A stretch of DNA of 64,000 nt. Source: a virus. The stretch is taken from positions 36,551 through 100,550 of the IMG/VR virus record IMGVR_UViG_3300042402_003388. One strand, 5' to 3'. Below are positions 55,944 to 64,000 of this stretch, in pieces (the stretch's first letter is position 1; each line of letters starts with the position of its first letter). Position numbers and translations under genes: made by a program. The notes under the pieces are model-generated. The model did no database searches and was not told where the DNA came from. It saw only the letters and a list, made by a program, of their open reading frames with translations.

Positions 55944-56315
55944 TTATTTTTTATTTAATTTATAAGAGTCGTCTACTTTTTCAACATCTCTACTAATTAG
56001 AGATTCCATTAAATCATCATCCAAATCATCAATAGTAAAATCACTTGTCTCTTTTGATGATTTTTCCCAAATTGAAGATTGTAGTTTAGATAACGATAAT
56101 TTTTTCTCGACACAGTCATTAATAATCTTTTGTTGTTCTTTAATGATTGGTCCAATTGTCTGCATATCTTCAGCATCTTTCATTAATGCCAACATTTTAT
56201 TTTGGATTCTTAATGCAGTATTTCTCTGTTCCACAATTTCATTATATACTTCTTGTAAAATTGTGAGAACAGAGTCTTTTGTGAATTTTACTTCTTTTTT
56301 CTTAGGTCTACTCAT
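55944..56315 (-). CDS. hypothetical protein
   Basis: 123-aa ORF. Confidence 0.7.
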   Translation of the reverse strand: MSRPKKKEVKFTKDSVLTILQEVYNEIVEQRNTALRIQNKMLALMKDAEDMQTIGPIIKEQQKIINDCVEKKLSLSKLQSSIWEKSSKETSDFTIDDLDDDLMESLISRDVEKVDDSYKLNKK

Positions 56316-56337
56316 ATCTATAAATACCTTATAACGT

Positions 56338-57093
56338 TTATTTTAGAATGATACCTATAATACTACCGTATAATTTCTTATATTTTTTCATTGAGTTCCT
56401 AATTTCTTTTGTAGATAAATTAGTCATCTCTCGTAATGAAAGTAGAATTACGTTTTTATTAAACTTATTGTTATCCGCCCCCATAAAAATTTCTTCATAG
56501 TTATCGAATAAATCAATTAACGCATATCCTAATTTTCTTTCATTGTCGTTTAAATTTTCAGTATCAATAAATGTTTTCAATTCTTGTTTAAACCTTTCAA
56601 TTACCATTGTGGCGTCAACATCTTCATTATCTATTGAATATGAGAATTTTACATTTTCTTCTAATGATGAAGAAATGTCCTCATATGAAATTTTTCTATT
56701 TAATTCTTTTTGGTCTTTAATAATTTGACCCATTAAATAGTTTTTACAGATAGTACCAAAATAAGAATATGCTTTCTTTTCTTTTGACGGTTTAAATTTT
56801 TCAATTTTAGTCATCAAAAAAGAATGAGTATCCGTATGGATTTCAGTAAAGTCCATATCTTTTCGATATAGTTTATATCGTCTAATAATAGACGATATCA
56901 TTTTGTCTAAAGGGTCTCTTAGGTATTCATTATAAATCTTATTCCTTACTTCCCAAGAAGGTTCAACCAAGAACATCCTAACTGCATTTTCTTCTCGTAC
57001 GTCAAAATAATTTGCTTGTTTCGCCTTCCTTCCTCGTTTTCTAGATTCAATACTTTCAGTTTCCCCACTTAATTCATTTGTTGTGAGTTGCAT
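56338..57093 (-). CDS. gp55-like late-transcription sigma factor
   Basis: Region-2-like KFKPSKEKKAYSYFGTICKNYL. Confidence 0.7.
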   Translation of the reverse strand: MQLTTNELSGETESIESRKRGRKAKQANYFDVREENAVRMFLVEPSWEVRNKIYNEYLRDPLDKMISSIIRRYKLYRKDMDFTEIHTDTHSFLMTKIEKFKPSKEKKAYSYFGTICKNYLMGQIIKDQKELNRKISYEDISSSLEENVKFSYSIDNEDVDATMVIERFKQELKTFIDTENLNDNERKLGYALIDLFDNYEEIFMGADNNKFNKNVILLSLREMTNLSTKEIRNSMKKYKKLYGSIIGIILK

Positions 57094-57896
57094 TAAACTT
57101 GTGGTTCATAATTTAATGGTCTTTCGTCAGCGAAAAAGTATTCTTTTTTTGCCGAGTCAATCCAAAACTTAACCTCGTTTTCGGATAATTTGTCAGCACC
57201 ATATTTATGATTCCAAAAGATTGACCCTTCTCTAAGGTTAATGTGTTTATACCCGATTTTCGGGATAGTCATTACTCGTACAGAATTAAATGTCAGTCTT
57301 AATAAAAATTCGTAAACAAATGTTAATTTAAAATTAGATTTAATACCTCCAAAATCAGTTACCAAACTTTTCTTAAATGCCATTCCTGAGGTTTGAAAGT
57401 TTTGATATTCTTGTAGTGTTTCGTTAGTTAAAAACCCAATTTCTTGTGTGAAATTTTGTGCAAAAGTCGCTTCATTAGTGAAACCTGCGAACGTACCTTT
57501 TTCGTCCACATCAATAACGATTGGTAAAAATGCTGAAACATCTTTATATATTTCAGAATATTTTTTCACATTTTTAAACCAAATACTTGAGTATTCATCG
57601 TCAAATTCTAAGATTGATACCCATTCAGATTCCGATTGTGAAATCCCAAAATTTACTTGGTTTGCAAAATTCGCTTCGTCAGACCAAACTAATTTTTTAA
57701 CATTTAAATTACCGAAATCATATTCAGTTATTTTTTTAGTTAATAGTTCTTCGTCAGTATGAACAATAACTAACTCATTTACACTTGTTTGTTGTTCTGA
57801 GACAGATTTGATTGCTTTTTCGAAAAACTCGTCAAAATCTTTAGCAGTTGCAGTTTTGATTGGTAGTATTACAGATAAGTTAAAAGTATTTTCCAT
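57093..57896 (-). CDS. GT2-family glycosyltransferase
   Basis: SVILPI, ILEFDDEY. Confidence 0.8.
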   Translation of the reverse strand: MENTFNLSVILPIKTATAKDFDEFFEKAIKSVSEQQTSVNELVIVHTDEELLTKKITEYDFGNLNVKKLVWSDEANFANQVNFGISQSESEWVSILEFDDEYSSIWFKNVKKYSEIYKDVSAFLPIVIDVDEKGTFAGFTNEATFAQNFTQEIGFLTNETLQEYQNFQTSGMAFKKSLVTDFGGIKSNFKLTFVYEFLLRLTFNSVRVMTIPKIGYKHINLREGSIFWNHKYGADKLSENEVKFWIDSAKKEYFFADERPLNYEPQV

Positions 57897-57897
57897 A

Positions 57898-58956
57898 TTA
57901 TTCTTCAGTTTTTAATTTTGTTAATTGTTCATTAAATGATTCGTATCTTGTCTCTAAATAATCTGTGAAAAATTTAGTGACATTAGTTTCAAAAGTTTCC
58001 TTACTTGATAAAGATGAAACAGTTTTTTCCATTTCGGTGTATAGTTCAGGTTTAATATTGTCTTCCAACCAATTTTGAATAAAGTCTGCAGTAAAGTCAG
58101 TTAATTTGGTTTCTTCTGATAACCACAAACCGTTATCCTCATTAATCCAATGAGGGAATAAACTTGGTATTTTACCAATTACTGGTACACCACACTTCAT
58201 CGATTCCATTGGGAATGTTCCAAAACCACTTGTTTCGTCAATCCAAACACTTAAGAAACACTCTTGTAAACTATTTGCAAATTCATCCTCAGTTAACCCT
58301 CTCATATCTCTAAACGTAATCCATCTGTATTGAGGGAATTTTAAATAGAATGATTTAATAAAGTTTAATGTTTTTCTTTGGTCTCTTGAGTGTACCGCAA
58401 CAATTGGCTTTTGAGTAGTACTTGTAGGTTTAAACTTCTCATCAATATATAACGGAAGAACGTCAGTACTAACACCTCTCATAATTGAAGAGATATAATC
58501 TTTTTGGAATTCAGATGTTGTGATACATTTATAGAATCCATAGTTCGTCCAACCAAATCCAGGTTGAAGAGTTTCCATCATATGGTCATATGCTTGACAA
58601 AGTACGATTTTGGCACAAGGTAAATCTTTAACTTGTTCCATAATAAATCCAAAAATTTCAGGAATGATTAAAAAATCTTCAGGAGAAATTTCTAAATTCT
58701 GACCTTCGATTGGTTTATGAGGTAGTTCCATATATTCAGGACCTAACCACTCAGCTACTCCGACATATTCAGGTTTTTCGTGTAAAATAATTGGATTAAA
58801 TCCGTTATTTTTTAATGCCATACCCATTTGATATATGTATCTTACCGAAGCTCTAGGATTACCTTTAGTATCCTGTACAAATAGGTAAATTCTCGATGAT
58901 TTACTTTGTAAATTCTCGATTGATTTTTGTAGTTTTAATATTCTATTTTGTTCCAT
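57898..58956 (-). CDS. GT-B (GT4-like) glycosyltransferase
   Basis: SGFGTFPMESMKCGVPVIG. Confidence 0.75.
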   Translation of the reverse strand: MEQNRILKLQKSIENLQSKSSRIYLFVQDTKGNPRASVRYIYQMGMALKNNGFNPIILHEKPEYVGVAEWLGPEYMELPHKPIEGQNLEISPEDFLIIPEIFGFIMEQVKDLPCAKIVLCQAYDHMMETLQPGFGWTNYGFYKCITTSEFQKDYISSIMRGVSTDVLPLYIDEKFKPTSTTQKPIVAVHSRDQRKTLNFIKSFYLKFPQYRWITFRDMRGLTEDEFANSLQECFLSVWIDETSGFGTFPMESMKCGVPVIGKIPSLFPHWINEDNGLWLSEETKLTDFTADFIQNWLEDNIKPELYTEMEKTVSSLSSKETFETNVTKFFTDYLETRYESFNEQLTKLKTEE

Positions 58957-58959
58957 AAT

Positions 58960-59244
58960 TTAAAATGATTTTAAGATTTTTTTACTGATTAATGTGTTAA
59001 ACGCGAGTTTAAATGGTATTGATAAATTGGAAGACGCTTTATGACCTAAAGTCTCATCAATTTCCTCTTGTTCATCCATTAATATCTCTAACATTAATTT
59101 AACTGTTTCGTATTTTACAATACTAATGTGATTTTCTCCCGTATAACCTGATAATGGTTCTTTAGGTTCAATTTGAATATATTTGTCTATTTCGTCGATA
59201 TCTAAGAAATAGTGTTCATTCATTATCTTAAGCATTGGCCCCAT
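58960..59244 (-). CDS. hypothetical protein
   Basis: 94-aa ORF. Confidence 0.7.
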   Translation of the reverse strand: MGPMLKIMNEHYFLDIDEIDKYIQIEPKEPLSGYTGENHISIVKYETVKLMLEILMDEQEEIDETLGHKASSNLSIPFKLAFNTLISKKILKSF

Positions 59245-59839
59245 ATATTTGATTTATTTTTTCTTTTAATTCTTTTATTGACGATATTTCGTGCTCCATT
59301 TTAATATCTTTATTGTATTCTGTGTTAAATTTTACAATAATTTTATTTTTTGGATAGTCTAATAATAAGTCAGGATTTGATGTAAGTAAAAGGTCTATTT
59401 CATCCCACATTGAATTTATTGTGGTATTACTATAAAATTTTACTTTTTCAGTTAAACAACCAAATTTAGATAAGAAAAATAACGACGCAGGTTTTGACTT
59501 ACCAATTTCGTCAGAAACCACAATAATGTCGTGATTACTTCTGAACTCAACATAAAATTCGTTAAAATCATTAAATGTCATTGTTTCTGTAGACCCCGCG
59601 TGACCAAATATTTCCATAGGAAACTCATCATAAAGGAATGAGAAAAATTCTTCGTCATCTCTAAACACAAAATGGTCTCTTAAATTTAAACTGGTTACAG
59701 GAAGATTCATACCGTATTCAAACGGGTTCTCATCTTCTTCCATTCCATCAGTTTTATCCATTAGATATTTTTTATAAACCATCTCTAGTTTACCAATAGT
59801 ATCTCTTAAAACTCCATTAATCTCAATACCTAATCTCAT
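59228..59839 (-). CDS. HAD 5'(3')-nucleotidase-like protein with altered motif I
   Basis: GIEINGVLRD in place of DxDGV. Confidence 0.6.
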   Translation of the reverse strand: MRLGIEINGVLRDTIGKLEMVYKKYLMDKTDGMEEDENPFEYGMNLPVTSLNLRDHFVFRDDEEFFSFLYDEFPMEIFGHAGSTETMTFNDFNEFYVEFRSNHDIIVVSDEIGKSKPASLFFLSKFGCLTEKVKFYSNTTINSMWDEIDLLLTSNPDLLLDYPKNKIIVKFNTEYNKDIKMEHEISSIKELKEKINQIYGANA

Positions 59840-60579
59840 TGTTCTTCGTATTTCTCTAAAATTTTAGTAATTAAAGGGTTCCTTACTATATCATTTTTAT
59901 CTTTAAATTCAAATATGGAAATTCCGTCAGAACCTCTAAATTTTTCAATCGCGTCCCATAATCCACTCTGAGTTTTATTTCTATATTTATCAGACTGCTC
60001 AACGTCACCTGAAATAAAGAACTTACTGTTAAATCCAATTCTAGTTAATAGTAACTTCATTTGACTTGGTGATGCGTTCTGACCCTCTTCAAATATTAAA
60101 ATAGAGTTGTCGATGTTCATACCTCTCATATACGCCAATGCGAACACCTCAATAACTTCAATCTCTTTAAGTTTTTCTCTAGCCTCTTTACCAATAATTT
60201 TATTTAACAAATAATAAGACGGGAAAATATACGGGTCTAACTTCTCTTCAACGTTTCCAGGTAACGACCCTAATTTCTCTTCAGCTTCAACCGCGGGTCT
60301 AACGATAATTATTTTTTCGTAAGGGGTTGTAGGGTCTGCAATTAAATCAATTGCGGCTTTCATTGTAATATAACTTTTACCTACTCCTGCAGGTCCTGAA
60401 CAAACCGTAATTTCACTTGATGTTAACGTATCATAATATTTTTTTTGATTAGTTGTTAAGAATTTTTCTTTGGTTTTCTTCTTAATAATTTGTGATATTA
60501 GTTCTTTTTTAGACATTGTTGGTTTATACTCGTTTTCTTTTGGGGTTTGAGTTGTACCTTTTTTTCTTCTTTCAGTCAT
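59836..60579 (-). CDS. phoH: PhoH-family protein
   Basis: GPAGVGKS, RPAVE, LPGN, YMRG, EGQN, GDVEQSD, IVRN. Confidence 0.95.
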   Translation of the reverse strand: MTERRKKGTTQTPKENEYKPTMSKKELISQIIKKKTKEKFLTTNQKKYYDTLTSSEITVCSGPAGVGKSYITMKAAIDLIADPTTPYEKIIIVRPAVEAEEKLGSLPGNVEEKLDPYIFPSYYLLNKIIGKEAREKLKEIEVIEVFALAYMRGMNIDNSILIFEEGQNASPSQMKLLLTRIGFNSKFFISGDVEQSDKYRNKTQSGLWDAIEKFRGSDGISIFEFKDKNDIVRNPLITKILEKYEEQ

Positions 60580-60637
60580 ATTGATTTATTAATATTTATA
60601 CATTAATGATATTCAAATTATTTTATTTGTGTAGTAA

Positions 60638-62158
60638 TTATTGTAAGACCATTACGAGTCTTTTTATCTTGTCAAAGTTTTGGACAATATAAGGGTATAA
60701 ATTATTCTGATAATCATTCATTAATTTTTTCATATCATCAGGGTCTTCATTTCTAGTTTGAGATTCATAATGATAGGCAACAGAGTTACCTGTAAAATAA
60801 TTTTTTAACCCTGACACCAAACACTTAAGATTAAGTTCTACGTCCTCAAAACACGCGTTATATTTTTCATTAAACATTCCCATCTTAATAAAGACGTTTT
60901 TTCTAATCATTAATAAAGCTCCCGTATTACCAATAACTTCTTTTGTTGTTGTTGTGTAATTGTAGTAATTTCTAAGTCCTGAATGAGAAATGTGTAAAGT
61001 TCTATCTTGTTTAAGATATATTAAAATACCATCGTGTTGTACTGTACCATCTTCGTAATGTAGTCTGGCACCTACAGTACCAACATTTGAATTTTGTTTG
61101 AATACGTTTAACATATCATTTATGACATTGTTTAATATCTTAATATCATTATTACAGAATAATAGATACTCATATTCATCTGTAATATGGTTTAAGACAA
61201 CGTCATTATTTATTTTAGCAAAATTATAATAATCATATTGAAGTAATGTTATACTAATTAATGATGAATTATCTTCAATAAATTTTTTAATTTCTAAAAT
61301 TTCTTCGTCGTTTGACCCAGTATCTGCAACGAAAATATGATAAGAGTGAGAGTTGGAATATTCGATAAATGATTGTAAACATTGTAATAAAAGATTAGTT
61401 TTCCCTTTTGTTGGGATTATTACGGCAACCTTACCTACATTCTTAATTGGTTTTTCTTTTATTTCGGTAAAGAATGGTGTTGAAGGTTTTAAATCTAACG
61501 GTAACTTATCCCCATATTTTTTTAGGAAAACATCTTTAGATGCGAAGAATTCATCATTTGGTTTACCTATTGATTCGTGAGTTATTTCAAAAGAAGATGT
61601 AACGCCAATCTTAACCCCATCTAAATAATTTGCAAGACAGAATGGGTGGTCGTAATAGTGAAATTTACCAATAGATTCGTCAAACCCTTGTGTGATTTTA
61701 GTTTTATCAAATGAGATAAAAAGACCATCAACGGTAACCACGGGAATTAAGAAAGGTAGTTTGGGGGAATAACGGTTAATCCATTTTTTACTATCTTTAG
61801 GATGATGGTAAACTTGACCAACCATAGTCTGAGTCATTCTTTCCCAATAAATCCCTGACTCAGGAAAGTAACAAGAACCCGCTTTACCGATAATTCCATA
61901 ATCAGGATTACTATCAAAGTCCTGTAATAATTTCTTACCCCAATTTTTTTCTAATTTAATATCGTTATGACAACAAACTACAATATTATACTCGGATTCC
62001 TCAATACCTTTATTATACAGACTAGATAAACTAAACTCGTTATTATTAATGTATTCTAGAATTTGAATGTTTTTTAATCCTGAAGTTTGTAACAAATGTT
62101 GTTTAAATTTGTTATTATACTCTTGGTCCTTATGTGTTGAATAAATTACTGTTATCAT
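60638..62158 (-). CDS. two-domain GT2 glycosyltransferase
   Basis: CHND, DTGS, CNND, FEDVEL, YHYESQTR. Confidence 0.88.
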   Translation of the reverse strand: MITVIYSTHKDQEYNNKFKQHLLQTSGLKNIQILEYINNNEFSLSSLYNKGIEESEYNIVVCCHNDIKLEKNWGKKLLQDFDSNPDYGIIGKAGSCYFPESGIYWERMTQTMVGQVYHHPKDSKKWINRYSPKLPFLIPVVTVDGLFISFDKTKITQGFDESIGKFHYYDHPFCLANYLDGVKIGVTSSFEITHESIGKPNDEFFASKDVFLKKYGDKLPLDLKPSTPFFTEIKEKPIKNVGKVAVIIPTKGKTNLLLQCLQSFIEYSNSHSYHIFVADTGSNDEEILEIKKFIEDNSSLISITLLQYDYYNFAKINNDVVLNHITDEYEYLLFCNNDIKILNNVINDMLNVFKQNSNVGTVGARLHYEDGTVQHDGILIYLKQDRTLHISHSGLRNYYNYTTTTKEVIGNTGALLMIRKNVFIKMGMFNEKYNACFEDVELNLKCLVSGLKNYFTGNSVAYHYESQTRNEDPDDMKKLMNDYQNNLYPYIVQNFDKIKRLVMVLQ

Positions 62159-62903
62159 AAATTTTGTTAAACTTTTTTGTCATTTCATTAAAATATGGGG
62201 TTACCATTTGAGGATATGGGAATTTTTTATAATCTTCATCTTTAAACGTTGGTTTGGGACCGTGAAAATGTAAAATTTTAATTCCATCCCCAAAATTCCA
62301 ATAAGGTTTGTAATTGTAGTTAAAATCTAACGATTCTACTTTATCTATAAAAAACATTCGTATTGCGTCTTGGTCGTAAGTTTGAAACTTAGGTAGGTTT
62401 AATTTAATAAAGAAAACAAATTCATCGTAACATTTACCCATATTTTTCCAATTAATCCACATAACACCTGTATTAATCAATGATGGGGTAAAGTTTTTAT
62501 CAAACTCACCAGCAGCCATAAAATAATTCGGTTTTAAATTTTTTAACTCGGAAACATTATCTAAAAAAAGTACATCATTATCCGTGTATAAAATATAATC
62601 ATCTTCGATTTGTAATTTCTCACATATTTTAGGAATGTCGATTCTTAGAAACGCTCCAAATGCCGTAGTATTTGTATTATAATGTGATAATAGTGAATCG
62701 TAAAACAATGATTTGTGTTGTATGATAGTAACCCCCAAATCTTGTAACTCTTCTAAATATTCATCAACAACCCCATCTAAGATAAGATATGGTTTAATAT
62801 TTGGATTAGTTTCTTTAGCGGATAAAACCGCCACAGTATACATTTTAATGTAATCCAAATATCTTTCTTGATTATGATTATTAACTCCTGAAAACCAATA
62901 CAT
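62130..62903 (-). CDS. GT8-family glycosyltransferase
   Basis: LYTDNDVL, NTGVM, DQDA, HFHGPKP. Confidence 0.88.
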   Translation of the reverse strand: MYWFSGVNNHNQERYLDYIKMYTVAVLSAKETNPNIKPYLILDGVVDEYLEELQDLGVTIIQHKSLFYDSLLSHYNTNTTAFGAFLRIDIPKICEKLQIEDDYILYTDNDVLFLDNVSELKNLKPNYFMAAGEFDKNFTPSLINTGVMWINWKNMGKCYDEFVFFIKLNLPKFQTYDQDAIRMFFIDKVESLDFNYNYKPYWNFGDGIKILHFHGPKPTFKDEDYKKFPYPQMVTPYFNEMTKKFNKIYDNSNLFNT

Positions 62904-62905
62904 AA

Positions 62906-63475
62906 TTAAAACCTTAAACCTGTTGAACCAAACCCATTATCACCTCTATCCTTTTCGTCAACAGAATCTACTTTAATTAACTCAACCCAATTACCGTTTA
63001 CTACAGGACATAAAACCGCTTGGGCGATTTTCATACCCTTCTCAATGGTAAATGGTTTTGGGTTAGTATTAAACACAATCACTTGTATTTCTCCGTTATA
63101 TCCTGAATCAACAGTGCCTGGGGTATTTAATACCGTTAATCCTTGTTTTAAGGCTAAACCACTTTTAGGTCTAACTTGAATCTCACTCCCGTCTGGAATA
63201 TCAAACTTCAATCCCGTTGGAATAAGAGCTCTACCAAAAGGTTCCAAGGTAACCTCTTCGGTTGAGTATAAATCAAACCCTGAATCCGATGGGTAATTAT
63301 ATGACGGTTCTACCGCATCATCTGAAATTACTTCGTATTTTAAAGGTTTTCTTGGGTGGTAATTCGCAAACTCCTTTTCAAGGTCGTCCAAATCCACACC
63401 CATATCTAATAACATTTTTTTTAATTCTGATTCGTCATCAGTGAATAGTTCTTCAAGTTGGTCAATATCCATCAT
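62906..63475 (-). CDS. dut: dUTP diphosphatase
   Basis: SGFDL, RPKSGLA, GTVDSGYNGE, RGDNGFGSTG. Confidence 0.96.
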   Translation of the reverse strand: MMDIDQLEELFTDDESELKKMLLDMGVDLDDLEKEFANYHPRKPLKYEVISDDAVEPSYNYPSDSGFDLYSTEEVTLEPFGRALIPTGLKFDIPDGSEIQVRPKSGLALKQGLTVLNTPGTVDSGYNGEIQVIVFNTNPKPFTIEKGMKIAQAVLCPVVNGNWVELIKVDSVDEKDRGDNGFGSTGLRF

Positions 63476-63481
63476 AATTTT

Positions 63482-64000
63482 TTATTTAAGTAATTTTAAT
63501 TTTTTAATTGCGTCAATTAGTACGTCAACATCTCTCTCACAATACTCGGCAATTTCTTTTAACATATTTTTATTCCAATATGCGTCGTGAACTTTATCAC
63601 CTGTAACCTCACCATTTTTAGGTGATGGGATATCCATACAAGCACACATTAAATCTAAAGAACCGATTGCGGTGTAGGCCCCGTATTGCCAAATCTCCTT
63701 AGTATCAATAGCTTTAATTTCCCAAGGTTTTGTATCGTATGACGGAAGGATTGATGGTGGCATTAATCCATTAATAATCATACGTTTTGCCAACATAGGA
63801 ATGTCAAAGTTTTTAAGATTATGTCCACATAGGAAAAAATCCAGTTTACCACATCTGTCTAATAATTTTTGAACGCCTTCCAATAGTTCTTTTTCATCGT
63901 CACCTGAAAATGTTTGTCGTTTAATCTCTCCGTTATCCATAACGAAGGCAACACTAACACAAATTATCTTTGCGAATTCGGGAACCAAAGCGGTCCTTTT
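63482..64000 (-). CDS. 3'-5' exonuclease (PolB-exonuclease-like), 5' end outside window
   Basis: GHNLKNFDIP, YCERDV. Confidence 0.85.
   Translation of the reverse strand, partial: KRTALVPEFAKIICVSVAFVMDNGEIKRQTFSGDDEKELLEGVQKLLDRCGKLDFFLCGHNLKNFDIPMLAKRMIINGLMPPSILPSYDTKPWEIKAIDTKEIWQYGAYTAIGSLDLMCACMDIPSPKNGEVTGDKVHDAYWNKNMLKEIAEYCERDVDVLIDAIKKLKLLK

Noticed and set aside
1-64000. Stop-codon reassignment (code 15 or 4)
   Set aside because: Core genes are intact in code 11, TAG and TGA both end genes, and no CTA or TCA suppressor tRNA is seen

Overview
AT-rich segment of a T4-like jumbo ('huge') phage genome that very probably infects a Bacteroidota/Flavobacteriia host. Host evidence: repeated TTTG-N19/20-TAnnTTTG promoters, A-rich start contexts without Shine-Dalgarno, Bacteroidota-type bS21 and a DUF4494-like gene. 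Content: (i) head module (terminase, portal, prohead protease, scaffold, major capsid) with an antisense bS21 gene, plus baseplate-like genes and a gp55-like late sigma; (ii) 28 canonical tRNA genes covering all 20 amino acids in three arrays, interleaved with several unassigned structured or tRNA-like RNAs; (iii) tmRNA with a long tag, ClpP, an N-domain-less ClpC and a UVR-repeat protein; (iv) an RNA end-healing/ligation cluster; (v) three glycosyltransferase/methyltransferase islands and accessory enzymes (MgsA, PhoH, dUTPase, FKBP). Main discovery: each tRNA array is preceded by an unannotated short leader ORF, an antiterminator/terminator pair and an rrn-type boxA. The codons of leaders 1 and 2 match, down to isoacceptor, the tRNAs of their own downstream array (9/9 and 15/15 tRNA types). 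This points to a ribosome-stalling attenuator that senses loss of host tRNAs and switches on the matching phage replacements. All family assignments are from motif recognition by eye; no searches were run.
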